From NCBI RefSeq assembly GCF_001194135.2, contig NC_068993.1:36815150-36879149 (forward strand): a stretch of DNA of 64,000 nucleotides, read 5' to 3'. Below, in pieces: positions 1-12,535 of the stretch. Within the stretch, counting starts at the first letter, position 1; every line of letters begins with the position of its first letter. A model generated the notes under the pieces. That model was not told where the DNA came from, ran no database searches, and was given only the letters and a program-made list of their open reading frames with translations. A program made the translations under genes and the position numbers. The stretch is from Octopus bimaculoides. Taxonomy: Eukaryota.

Positions 1-148
1 TTGCTACAGTTGAATGATGCCAATGATGGCACCTAGGGTGTAAAAGATTCTACAATAGCAGATGAATGAGCATCAAACATTTAAAAGTGACTGACTGATA
101 GATATGGTAATCAAACAGGTGAGTTATAACATTTGAAATTATACTTAC

Positions 149-215
149 TTTCCATTGATTTTCTGGAAATGTCATGTTTGGATGAATGTGAAGTACTTTT
201 TGTTTGATTCTTTGG
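149..215 (-). CDS. THOC2: Candidate THOC2 exon PKNQTKSTSHSSKHDISRKSME (start of the poorly conserved tail)
   Basis: tttcag/gtaagt, open in the required phase 0, S/K-rich. No homology I can recognise. Confidence 0.55.
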
Positions 216-1802
216 CTGAAATTTATTCCAAAGTATATTAATTATACATATTTGCTGTCATTATTAATTGTTGTTTATTATTTATTTCACAGTGTTACAT
301 ATAATTACAGGAACAAACTTTTTACAGTTGGTTGTTCATAATGCTTATCAATCAACCGTTAAGTAACATTGGCACCTGCTTATCAACCACAGAGATGAAT
401 AATGGAAACAAGATATATGTGCCTACCCATGGATAAAACACAATCAAGTAGTAAACTTCCCATCATTTATATATCAAGATTGACTATGCTTCCATGCATG
501 TTCACCACTCACTGCATTCCCCTCAATCTCCCAGCCACTCTCCTCTGCACTCATGAACTAACAGCTTACCTACCCACTCAACCAGTCCAATCCACTGGAC
601 CACCATCCCCCACCTACATTTAGCAAGACATCTGCTCCTGTCGCTCTATCATACTATAACCTCTCATCACCTGGCATAAAACCACCTCCCTCAACACTAC
701 TCATTTGAAGAGTTTTATCTTGTGAGTTACCTGGCAACCTCACTAGTGTTGGCGCCATGAAAAAAGCAACCAGTACTCTGTGAAGTGGTTAGTGTTAGGA
801 AGGGTATCCAGCCATAGAAACCATGCCAAAGCAGACATTGGAGATTAGCTCAGTCTTCTGGTTCGCCAGCTCTAGTCAAACCATCCGATCCATGCCAGCA
901 TGGAAAACAGACATTAAGTGATGATGATTTCTCATTTAGTCAGGAGGGAAGGCAGTGACCATGACACTTTACAGGACCTCCAAGACTGGTGGGAAAATAT
1001 AGTTCAAATGCTTGCAACTGTTAGACTCCACTAAAGACACCGAAGGTGCCATGTGGTGCTGTTAAACCAGGTGATGGATTAAGTCCACCACCCAAGTAAG
1101 CCATGGTGGGATTTGAACTCAGAAACAAGAATCTAATTCTGTTATTTCCAGTTTAATAATATCCTTTTAATAAATTTGTAGTGGAAATATTTACCCACAC
1201 CCAGTTACACACATTGTGCTTATCTGAAAATGATATCAAAAACTTTCAAACATTACCTGTACACAGTGAAGAAAACCCTCAGAACCCGTGGAAGAGGAGA
1301 CCCAGGAAGACAGAGATATCAAAAGGATTAAGCAGTAACATCATCATCAGTTAACAGCGGTTGTTCTTGCTGGCATGGGTTGGGCAGTTTGACAAGGGCT
1401 GGCAAGCTACAAGACTGTAACAGACTCTAGTCTGATTTGACATGGTTTCTATGGCTGGATGCCCTTCCTAATGCCAACCACTCCGAGAATGTGATGGGTG
1501 CATTTATGTGCCACCAGTATCTGCCACAACTGCAATTTTACCACCACAACTGTGATTATACACACACACACACACATACAAATACATATATACACACATA
1601 TATAAACACATACATATATACATGTACATGCATCCTTTAGATAATTTCTCTGATAACATCAAATTCATTACAACCTTATTACTAGCTACTATATAAAAGC
1701 TCCTATGTTACCCACTCTCTTTTCCCAAAAACAATATTTACAACAGAAGTAAATATACATTTGACTGACAGAAATTAACAACTGAAACATTTTATTACTT
1801 AC

Positions 1803-1878
1803 AGCTTCTTTGTTTTTGATATGAAATTCATGTTCAGGAACCCACATAGATTTTTTATTTTTCAGTTGACCAGAATAA
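1803..1878 (-). CDS. THOC2: THOC2 exon YSGQLKNKKSMWVPEHEFHIKNKEA
   Basis: 76 nt, ttccag/gtaagt. Confidence 0.94.
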
Positions 1879-2700
1879 CTGGAATAAAAATTAAAAAAAT
1901 TTTAATTATCGCCTTCCTACATGGATCAAAATCCATTTCTCTCTCATACACTGCATTTTTGACATGGTTACTAGATAGATGCCCTTCCTATCTCGTACTT
2001 CTTTGCAGAGTGTACTCTAAGTGCATATTTATTTTGGCACCAGAACTAGAGAGGTTGCCTTGTCCATGGCAGGACAAAAGAATGCTCCTTAGTGTTGTCT
2101 CTATTGTTTTGTCATTAGTACACAAGGACTGACTTATAGTGGTAGATAGAAGTGAGAGTAATAGAAGAAAATCAGAGCAAAAAAGGAGTGAAAAAGAGTG
2201 TTGAAAGAGGACAAGAGTGATAGGAGGCTGATAGATAACTGCATGATGATTCATGGTAAGGTGATTGAATAAAAACAGTATGAGTGACATGATGGAGGAA
2301 GAGAGAACATGATAGAAGACAAACTTATGGAAGAAGGAGTATTGTAACTGAGAGAGGAGTGAGAATGATGGAAGTCAATGAATGATGGAAGAGGGGGTAA
2401 TGTGAGAACGACAGACAGAAATGAAGATGGTGATAGTAAGAGAGTGATGAATCCCAACGAGTGATAAGGGAAGGAGTAATGGGGTGAAGAGAGAGAGCGA
2501 GTGATGGTAGCAATAAAGGAGAGTATGTAAGAGGGAGATAAATAGAAAGAGATCCAGTGGAATAATCAGGTGGTGTGAGAGAGAATAACAGTAGAGTGGA
2601 AGATTGATAGGAGAGGAGTGAACAATAATGAAAACAAGGTCTGGGGACCAGTGCATGGAGACTTCATATAAACATTGCTTAGGAGAGATGAAGGAGAGAT

Positions 2701-2760
<60 letters not shown>
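2701..2760. repeat. (GA)n microsatellite
   Basis: Read directly from the sequence. Confidence 0.98.
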
Positions 2761-2926
2761 TCAATTTGTAGGTATTATACACCTCAACCATCATATGATC
2801 ATATGTAGTAACATTTGAGGAATAATTAACTATGAAAATAGAAAAAGACCCTATTAGAAATGGCTTTGATTAATGGTAACAAATGTAATTGAACCAATTT
2901 CTCTTTGTTAGTAAACAAAAAAAGAA

Positions 2927-2988
2927 CATACTTTAATAAGAAAACTTTTCCCAATTTAAATAAATTTTGTCAAAAGAATGACATCATG
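2927..2988 (-). pseudogene. Degenerate duplicate of the 3' part of THOC2 exon 32432-32624, with donor
   Basis: Reads HDVILLTKFI*IGKSFLIK|gtatgt versus YDVILLVKFIRIGKSFMIK|gtatga; 8 mismatches over 57 coding nt. Confidence 0.8.
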
Positions 2989-3393
2989 TAAAAAAAAAAT
3001 ACTGTATTTACAGGTAAAAATCTGAAACAAAATTAATTATCTCTAATATGAAATGAGTTATTAATCAATATTACATGGTTAGTCGAACATTACTCCGTAC
3101 AGAACATAGGACCAGTTTACCAGTTTCTTGGCACATATATTCCTCCCTGGACAGGACACTGGTCCGTCACTAATCTGATGAAGGGTGTACAGCAAGTATT
3201 TATCTAATGAAGTTGTGGGTTATCATTAATGTAACAACAAGATCTAAATCAATGTTTTGATTTAAATATAAATAAATGATGGAAGGCGTTTTCAGATGGT
3301 GTGGTATTCTACAATGGTGGATAGTACAATACAGAGCAAGTTGGTAAGAAAATGGTGGAGTTATTTTAGTGCAATAAAAAAAAATAATCTCAC

Positions 3394-3509
3394 CCCATAG
3401 CAAGTGCATAAATGTCCGGACGCTTCTCTTTTTCTTCTTGTCGAATTCTGTTCACTCTTCGCTCTAGTGCTTGACCAAACTGCATTACTCTTGGATAATA
3501 TGGAAGAAT
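3394..3509 (-). CDS. THOC2: THOC2 exon [19 protein letters not shown]...[11 protein letters not shown]
   Basis: 116 nt, ttctag/gtgaga. Confidence 0.96.
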
Positions 3510-3714
3510 CTAGAAACATTTCATGATAAGCATTTATTGGTATTTAAAAATCACAATTATACATTTCTTTGTTTGTTTCCTCGGAGAGAAAAGATTAGCA
3601 GAGTGAGGGATAAGATAGGATTTAATTTAAGTTTGTTGTGCAACTTAAAAGAAACTGAAGAGAAACATTAATTCAATGGAACAAAAATTAGGTAAAGATA
3701 CGTATGAATGAGGA

Positions 3715-4448
3715 GAGTTGTGTGAAGTATCATTCCCTAACAGTGGAAGGAACCCGTGGAAGAGGGAGACCCAGGAAGACATGGGGTGAGGTGGTGAAGC
3801 ATGACCTTCGAACGTTGGGCCTCACAGTGGCAATGACGAAAGACTGACACCTCTGGAGATATGCTGTGATTGAGAAGACCCGGCAAGGAAAGTGAGATCA
3901 CAGCCGTAGCCTACACCAGTGTCGCACAACCAGCCCATTTAAAAAGTACTTTTGGATTGTCGGGCGACATGCTGTGCTTGAGGAGACCTACTGAGTCAAG
4001 TAAATTAATCAAAATCAAATCACATGGAAATTGTAGATGTGGCCGATACCAGTGCTGCGTGACTGGCTCCCATGCTGGTGGCACGCAATAAGCACCATTC
4101 ATGCGTGGATCGTTGCCAGTGCTGCCTGACTGACTCCCTGTGCCAGTGGCATGTAAAAAGCAACATCCGAACGTGGTTGATGCCAGCCCCCCCTGCCCAG
4201 ATTGGCTCCTGTGCTGGTGGCATGTAAAAAGCACCATCCGATCATGGCTGATGCCAGTGTTGCCTGACTGGCTCCTGTGCTGGTGGCACATAAAAAGCAC
4301 CCACTACACTCTCGGAGTGGTTGGTGTTAGGAAGGGCATCCAGCTGTAGAAACATTGCCAGATCAGATTGGAGCCTAGCAAACTGTCTAACCCATGCCAG
4401 CATGGAAAATGGACGTTAAACGATGATGATGATGATGATGATGATGAT
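3715..4448 (+). mobile_element. RTE-type LINE 3' end with (GAT)n tail
   Basis: C-terminus GRPRKTWGEVVKHDLRTLGL; 3' UTR with repeated GTGGCATGTAAAAAGCACC units; (GAT)n at about 4421-4448. Confidence 0.8.
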
Positions 4449-4619
4449 ACAAAAGGGAACAGGAGCAACTGATTAAAATATACCTACATATAATAATTTG
4501 TTAAAATGAAGAAATTTAATTTAATCATGCTTAAGTCAAGGAACATTTTTTTCACAGCAGTCTATTTCACTAAAAACACTGGAACCATTTCCTGACAGTG
4601 TTTCCTTCTAGGGAGCACA

Positions 4620-4845
4620 TTAACCCTTTAGCATTTAAACTGACCATATCCAGCCAAAATATTCTGTTTTTATCCTCAAACTGGTAAAATCTGGCCTTTC
4701 ATACCTACCCTACAGTGTCATTTTTAAAATAAACAACCACATCATTGGAATCTCAAAGCTATGAAATAATGCATGATTAATTTAATATTATGTGAATACA
4801 CAAAGCATTACACTTGACAGAGCAATCTGAATGCTAAAGAGTTAA
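4620..4845. mobile_element. piggyBac-like MITE
   Basis: TTAA-CCCTTTAGCATT ... AATGCTAAAGAG-TTAA; related copies near 22827-23053, 52011-52235, 62050-62224 and 62240-62440. Confidence 0.75.
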
Positions 4846-5262
4846 GTTGCAAAATAAGTGCTTTAACAAAATATTACTAAAAAAAATAAACATAAAACAA
4901 AACTTTTACTTCGAACAATAATCTTGCACTAACTAGATACAACAGAAATAGAGAAAACAATCTTTACAGAAAGCACTATCACCTTAAATTCCACAGTTTT
5001 TATAGTATTTTTATTGAGCACTCATGCATATACGATTTTTAAAAGTTTAAATTTAGCCAGTCCTAGTGCTTCTTGATATCATATATTCATCCAATGTATT
5101 AAGAATATCATATCTACCTCAGGTGTCTGGGTGACACCTGATGGATAATGTGTAAATAAAGCAGATATCTAGAAAAAATTTTCATTGTAATAATAATAAT
5201 AATAATCCTGCAAAGCTAGATACAAACAAAACTAAATATTTACAAGTGTAACAATACAAAAC

Positions 5263-5331
5263 CTTTGTGAGAATTATAAGAGAATTCCTGATTTGAATGT
5301 AGTTTCTTGATTCTAAGCAAGCCACCATAGC
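5263..5331 (-). CDS. THOC2: THOC2 exon AMVACLESRNYIQIRNSLIILTK
   Basis: 69 nt, tttcag acceptor; the phase-0 donor needed is AAG|gttttg (weak). Confidence 0.88.
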
Positions 5332-5987
5332 CTGAAAAGAAAGGATAATTTTGTGAGGCAATGATATGACATACAAAAAAAAAAAAGATACTTGAGATGA
5401 GATGTGTTAACAAACTTCAGATAAAATTTTTACAATATAAAGGTACAGTAAAGTATTTTAGGATAATTAGCACACAAACTACAGTTGAGTTTTAACCTGA
5501 AGCAATTTATCAAAGTTCAAGGTAAAGTAAATAAATTTGAAGCCTGAATTTTTTTTTTTATCCCAATTGCAGAGGATTATCTTCATAGTTTCATTATACT
5601 TAGAGGCTTTTTTTTTTTAAACCTATACATGTGTGACAAAATGTTTACACGAAAAATCTTTTGTTTTTCTTTTCTATTCTTAATATGTTTGGAGTATCAA
5701 AGCTCATCTACGCATGGAATAACTCCACCGTTCTCAACTTCTAATTGAAGACAAAAACTAGACACTAGTTTATATTTTATGGTGACTGGATGGTTGCTAG
5801 TCACTGATACCTCCTGCCTTCTTTCCAATAAATAGCTAGCTTCTTAATGAAATGATAAGAACTTCAGAGTGGAGTCATCTTACCAAATTCATCACAAACA
5901 AAACAAAATCAAACTGACTCTCTTCAATATCTTTCATGTACTACATTCTCAGAGAATCCTAACTACTTCACCAGTCATTCTTAAGCA

Positions 5988-6248
5988 CAATAATCCCTTG
6001 ACTATTGCAGGTGTTATGTTCCAAAAACCCCCAAGATAGGTGAAAATCTACGAAATAGAAACAGTACTGTACTGCATCGTCATTATCATTTAACATCTGT
6101 CCTCCATGCTAGCATGTTTTTATTATTATTTCTATAATTTGTATGTATTTATTTTATCATAAATGCAAAACAACACCATAGGAGAGCTGACATAAGCTTA
6201 AATAATAAACTGCAATAGGTGAACCATGATATGGTATGGGATAACAGT
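5988..6248. mobile_element. Tigger-like MITE
   Basis: Ends taatcccttgactattgcagg and gcaataggtgaaccatgatatggtatgggata, decayed inverted termini. Confidence 0.55.
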
Positions 6249-7377
6249 ATTTCAATCCATCCACTATCATTATATTGTTATATCTGATTCCTTATTAAAG
6301 ACTGGAAAATAGACATTCACAGGTCACTGTTATGAAAGATCAATTAAGACCTGTTGCTTGGCTCTGGCAGAAATCTTGGCTTCTTGAGAGGAGTTGTGAA
6401 AGATGTTCTAAATGCAATTATGTCAGCTTGTTGGCTGTTTATTTCTTGCAGTTTGTAGCATGATGACCATTTATATCACTGATGTAAAATGCATGGTATA
6501 AGAAGTTTGCTTCCTAGCTATATGGCTTTTGAGTCAGTCCCATTGTATGATACCTTGGACAAGTGTCTCCAACTATAGCCCTGAAGAGACCAAAGCCTTC
6601 GAAATGGATTTGGGAGACGGAAACTGCAAGATCCTGTTGTGTGTGTGCGTGTGTGCACACATGCATGCATGTGAGCAAGTATTGACATTGTGTGATAGTA
6701 GTAAATGAGTATGACTGTCATTCAAGCAGTGTAATACAGTTTTGATATTCTGTGAAAACATTAGCATGCTAGGAAACAGATAAGGGTTGGCAACAGGAAA
6801 AGCATCTGACCATAGAAAATCTGCCTCAATAAACTGTCTGACCCATACAATCATGGATTGGACAGAGTTTATCAGGCAGAGTGGATGTTAAAAATGATTA
6901 GGATTTTCACTAATTAGGGAGGTGACAGCTTGGGATGACTCTTCATCTAAAACATTACTGAATATAGAGAAGAAAATCACAAGATAGCAATATATCTATT
7001 ATTTTTTTTCTCCCAAAATAAATGGAAACAGCTTGCAGAAGAGGAAGATGTCATCATGATTTAATATCTGGCTTCAATTCTGGCATGGGTTGTGGAAAGA
7101 ATTGGGGGATCTCCAGATAATGAACATAAACAAGAGAGATCATGAAGGACTGAGATGCATGATGAGAATGTGTGTTGTAGTAGGACCTATCAGATCTAGA
7201 CCAATATGGAAAAAAAAAAAAACAGGTGTAAATAATATGATGATGGTAGCAGTGGTGATTATGATGATGATGGTAATGATGCTGTTGTTGCTGATGATGA
7301 TGCCAAACATATTTATCAGGAATATAACTGACTAAAATATATTTTCAAAATTAGTTTTATTATTGTTTTATACTCAC

Positions 7378-7506
7378 TTTTGTTATTCGGAAATGCCATT
7401 TGTGACATACATGTCTGTAGTTTTCGTAATCCAGCTGATCAGCTTTGTTTATGTTATCTGATCCTTTACGGATTACACTGACAAAGCCAGGATAGTTAGC
7501 ACATTC
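7378..7506 (-). CDS. THOC2: THOC2 exon [11 protein letters not shown]...[17 protein letters not shown]
   Basis: 129 nt, tttgag/gtgagt. Confidence 0.94.
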
Positions 7507-9138
7507 CTCAAAAAGGGGTTAAAAAAAGACAAAAAAAAAATGAATTTCAATTTTGTAAATGCAATATATTTCAACAGAAGCAAAAAGTTTTTTTAATGTA
7601 TAAGTGGGTATACAGGTTGGAATTTGAACCTTGAAAAGAAAGAAAAAAAAAAGAGGTAAAACATCCAAAAACCAAGGGTCGTCTAAAACACCATGTATAA
7701 AATTTGAACCTTAACTTGCTGTAGTTTAGAGTGTCATGCATGGCGAAGGAGAATAGCATAAAACATTTGCATAGCACCTATGGTCCTACCACTAAATATT
7801 TGTGACTGAAACTTAACAGATATGTTTGGGAAGTTAGATTAATGGTAAGGTTATATTAAAATAAATATAATCTGGCACTCCAATACTTATGATGATGAGG
7901 ATTTCAGTTGACCCTATCAACAAAACAGCTCATAAAATTAATGTGCAAATGATAGACACTGTACCTTTAAAGTAGTTAGTTCTCAAGGAGAGCCAGCATG
8001 ATACAGAATGTGATAAGAGTGACCCTCTGATATACAGGTACTATTCATTTTTGCCAGCTAAGAGGACTAGAACAATGTGAAATAAAGTGTCTTGCTCAAG
8101 AACACGATGTACAGCTAGGAATAGAGCACATGGCCTTATAATCATGAACCAAATACCTTAACCACTAAGCCACACATCTTGACCAGAAAAAAGAAAAACA
8201 AAATAAGAAACCTGTCTAACACACATTCAGATAGCAGCTGACGATACATCACGCACCTCCCAGCTACTGCATCAAGGGTGAAATATTCCCAGGATAGTCT
8301 TATGCAATAAGTATAGCTCAAAGCAAACATCTTAAAAGGAAATTCTGGGGTTGTCTTATATACCCTGTCTGCTTATACACCGATGTGTATGGTATTTACT
8401 GATATTTTAAATGGCTATTCCTGATATTTACAATAAATTTCTACTGCAGGTTACAAATAATTCTGATTACCGATATGGTGCAATGTGATTATCTACTGAT
8501 CAGCTCTACTAAAAAAAGAGAAAGCTAATTAATTAAATAACACTTTGTAACACAATTTTTGTCCTTTCAGAGTAATTATTATTTTCTATTTGCTAACCCC
8601 CTAGAAAGTATGAAAAATGGCTAATATTTCCCTCAAACTTTGCTTTTATTGCATTTATTCAAACCCTAAAGAATCCCTCTCAATACATAGCTATGAAGCT
8701 CCCCCACTACTCCTGCTCATGACTGGAGATACACATATTGTCAGCCACTATGCTCAAATGGTCAAGGATAAGCAACTAACGAGCAAATCTCTGGTAACGA
8801 GCAGAATATTTGCTATAACGATATTTCTGCTTCAGCAACTCAGAACTGAATCTGTGAGATGTAATAGAAAATAGGTCAATTTCAAAACATTGATGCCCAG
8901 GACACAAAAGCAAAGTCTGAATGTCATTTCCTGTGATTTCTTGATAAAAGCAAATAGGAAATAACACTTAATGACCAAAAACAAAAAAAAAAATTTGTTA
9001 CGCAGTGTAATTTAAAATTTCTTTCCAGCCATATTGTTTCTTAGTCCTGCTTAAAAGTTCATTCAAATTTTTTTTTTTAAATCAGAAATATTTCTCCTTT
9101 TTAAGTATTTTCCTAGAATCTAACAGGCTAGCACTTAC

Positions 9139-9267
9139 TTTTTCATATGTGACTTTGTCGCTGTGCCATTTCATAATAGTTTCCAATGCGGCACATAGAA
9201 ATCGTCCATAGCGGTGTGCTTCATTTTCTGTGCAGCTAGTTACAGTGTATGTGATGTCACAGAAAAT
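9139..9267 (-). CDS. THOC2: THOC2 exon [24 protein letters not shown]...TYEK
   Basis: 129 nt, tgccag/gtaagt. Confidence 0.96.
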
Positions 9268-9543
9268 CTGGCAATACAAACAAAACATTAGGTACATTAA
9301 TAAGTATACAACAAAATGTAAGATACATTAATAAGATATGCTAATACTCGTCATTAGCCACATTAATAAGTATACAAGAAAATGTAAGAGTAAAGCAACT
9401 TTGACAATAACAGTAAAAGGTCCCTGAAGTTTTGAAATTCTTCAAAATATGGTAACTGATTATTAAAAAGTTACTAATTTATTACATACTGGTAAATTAT
9501 AGGTGCAGGTGTGGCTGTGTGGTTAAGAAATCTGCATTGCAAC

Positions 9544-9759
9544 NNNNNNNNNNNNNNNNNNNNNNNNNNNNNNNNNNNNNNNNNNNNNNNNNNNNNNNNN
9601 NNNNNNNNNNNNNNNNNNNNNNNNNNNNNNNNNNNNNNNNNNNNNNNNNNNNNNNNNNNNNNNNNNNNNNNNNNNNNNNNNNNNNNNNNNNNNNNNNNNN
9701 NNNNNNNNNNNNNNNNNNNNNNNNNNNNNNNNNNNNNNNNNNNNNNNNNNNNNNNNNNN
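9544..9759. other. Assembly gap (N)
   Basis: Run of N; other gaps at 23245-23750, 39487-39496 and 54873-54882. Confidence 1.
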
Positions 9760-10046
9760 GGTAAATTATAGGTGCAGGTGTGGCTGTGTGGTTAAGAAAT
9801 CTGCATTGCAACCAAATAGTTGGGTTAGCAACAGGAAGAGTATGTGGTTGTAATAAACTCTATCCAACACCTCCAAGTACAGGAAAATGGACAATAAAAT
9901 GATGGTGGTAGTGGTGGTGGTAAAATAAAATTCATTAATTATAACTTTTACAATGATTTCTCAGTAACTACTAGTAACTGAAAAGGCAAGTAAAGAATTT
10001 AAAACATATTTTTATGTAGAATCACAATTCAAAATTCGTGAAGGGA

Positions 10047-11112
10047 TATTTTGGGTCATCCCATAAATAATGCAGTTTTTTTCAATTGTATGAACTAAAA
10101 GTTGGAGGGGGACAGGATAAACTATTTGCATCAACTTGCTATAAAAGCAGGTAGTAATTTTACCTTCTAATTCTTAGTGCATGTTTTGAAGAGTGTAGTT
10201 CGATTTTAACAGATATATTTTCAAAGCTATGATGGAAGTAGGGAGCATATTCGGTATATTTTGCTTTATGAGTTCAATAAAAGCAACAATGCAATGAAAA
10301 GTGCAAGGAATATTAATGCAGTATATGGGGATCAGGCAATAAGCGTAAGCCAGTGTCAACAGTAGTTCCAGAAATACTGAACCAGAAACTACAGCCTAGA
10401 AGAGCCTTTTCCTGGAAGATCTGTAGGGCTTGACAAGATCATCCTGCAAACCCTGGAACAAAATCCCATCGTAACTGTTGAGGAATTAGCAGAGAAGCTT
10501 GGATTTAGTCGTTTGACCATTCATCGACAACTGCATGCCATCAAAAAAGTCAGCAAATAGAGTCAATGGTTCCTCTCAAGCTTTTCAAGTCTAATCGCGT
10601 GCAAAGTGGATGCGTGCTCTTCTTTGCTGTCATGTCTCATGAATGAACCTTTTTTTTTTTGGACTGAATAGTGACTAGTGAAAAGAAATGGGTTCTCTAC
10701 AAAAATGTCAAGCGCAGAAGACATTGGGTAGGGAAAGGAGAAACACCAGCACCCCAGGCTAAAGAAGGTCTTCATCCACGTAAGGTGTCGTTATCTGTTT
10801 GGTGGGATATGAAAGGTTTAGTCCACTTTGAACTTTTAAACCCAAACCAAACGATAACAAAGGAGATCTGCTGTGAGCAGATTGTGTGGCTTAAGTCAGC
10901 GCTAGAAGGAAAATGACCATCATTAGTTTCAAGATGAAAGGTATTCTTCTATCAGGATAATGCTTGGCCACACACAGCAAAGATGACATTCCAAAGGCTG
11001 GTGCAGTTTGTATGGGAAACGATGCCTCACTCACCATATTCGCAGGACATTGCTCCATCTAATTATCATTTATTCTGCAGTCTTCAAAATCATTTGGACA
11101 GAAAAAATATGC
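10047..11112 (+). mobile_element. Decayed mariner transposon, 3'-truncated
   Basis: Fragments HIRYILLYEF, KWVLYKNVKRR, LHPRKVSLSVWWDMKG, QDNAWPH and PYSQDIAPSNYHLF, with stops and frameshifts. Confidence 0.9.
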
Positions 11113-12377
11113 TGGCATAGGTCAGACGATAGCAATATTTGAAGTCAGCGCATATTCAAGAGTGCAGCTCATCTAGACAGGCCAAAGAACTGCATCTTAT
11201 GGCTTGGTTTCTATGGCAGGACACCCTTCCCAACCCCAGCCAGCTCCCACAATGTATATAGGTGGATACATGGCTATGTAGTTAAGCAGTTCACTTCTGA
11301 AACATATATCGTTTCAGGTTTAGTCTTGCTGCATAACATGTCTTTTGCAATAACCCTAGGCTGACCAATACCTTGTGAAGGAATCTGGTGAATGGAAACT
11401 GAAAGAAGCCCATGGTGTACATGTGAGAATGTTTACAATCTTCACAGAGTTACAGTTACAAGTGGTGACATCACTGTTTGTAGTTGGGCTGCAACTGGTT
11501 ACATTTGTTGACATTTTCTATCAACAAATCACCCATTAGCTCTGCACTTTCAGATTCCCCTGGAACAAAAATATTCCTTACTTGACAAACAAGGGTTAGC
11601 AACAGGAAGAGCATCTAACTAAAAATATTGCTGCAAAAATCTTTCTAAATCATGCGTGCATGAAAAAAAAACAGATGTTAAATAAAATGAACAAACTAGG
11701 TGTTTTCTCACGGCATCAGCATAAGGGAGGTGTTATATCTTCAACAAGACTAAAGGGGTCAGTACATCTCTCTAAATTATATAAAATTGTGGGGAAGATG
11801 GTAGTAGTGGAGTTTGCTGTGACACCCTGCCACTATCATCTTTTCTTTCCAGCTAATCCCACCCACCCTTATATAGTGCAGAGTAGCCATGTATCTTCAC
11901 TTTAGCAACTCAGTTATGCTTGTCCCTCTATCATACATAAGGTTTCTCAACACCGGTATAAAGCCACCTCCACCCCCATAATACTCTGCCCAAGAGGCTG
12001 AGGTGGGAGTCTCCTTTTCTTGTTCTTTTTCTGTCTTGCAAATTACTTAGCAACCTTACAAATGTTAGTTGTATGAAAACAAAAGTACCCAACACACACC
12101 GTAAAGTGGTTGCCAATATGAAGGGCATCAAGCTGTAGAAACCATGCCAAAGCAGACATTGGAGCAATGATGCATCCCTATAGATCACCAGATCCTGTCA
12201 AACTGTCCAACCCATGCCAGCACGGAAAACATATGTTAACTGATAATGAAGGTGAGAAAAGGCAACAAATTATTTTTAAGACAATCAGTGAATAGGTGAC
12301 ATTTTAGAAATATTAGAGGCAATATATTTTGTGTTTGAAACTGTAAGTGAAACAAGAGGAAAGAGAAAGGTACTCAC

Positions 12378-12535
12378 TCTGTCACAGCATATCAAAGTTG
12401 AGAAATTTGGAGTCTTTTGTTCGTGTAGAATATAGATAAATTTGGCACAGTAAAGAGCATCACTGGCTGTAAGGCAGCAACGAGGGAATATACAAAGTTG
12501 AAGGAATTGGGTAATCATCTCATTCTTGGTAGATC
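12378..12535 (-). CDS. THOC2: THOC2 exon [19 protein letters not shown]...[13 protein letters not shown]
   Basis: 158 nt, ttttcaag/gtgagt. Confidence 0.95.

Noticed and set aside
4040-4310. Repeat-spacer-like pattern suggesting a CRISPR array
   Set aside because: Eukaryotic LINE 3' UTR minisatellite; the spacers are homologous to each other and there are no cas genes.
9491-9812. Identical 53-nt sequence on both sides of the N gap (9491-9543 and 9760-9812)
   Set aside because: Exact duplication flanking a gap is the signature of unmerged overlapping contig ends, not a biological repeat.
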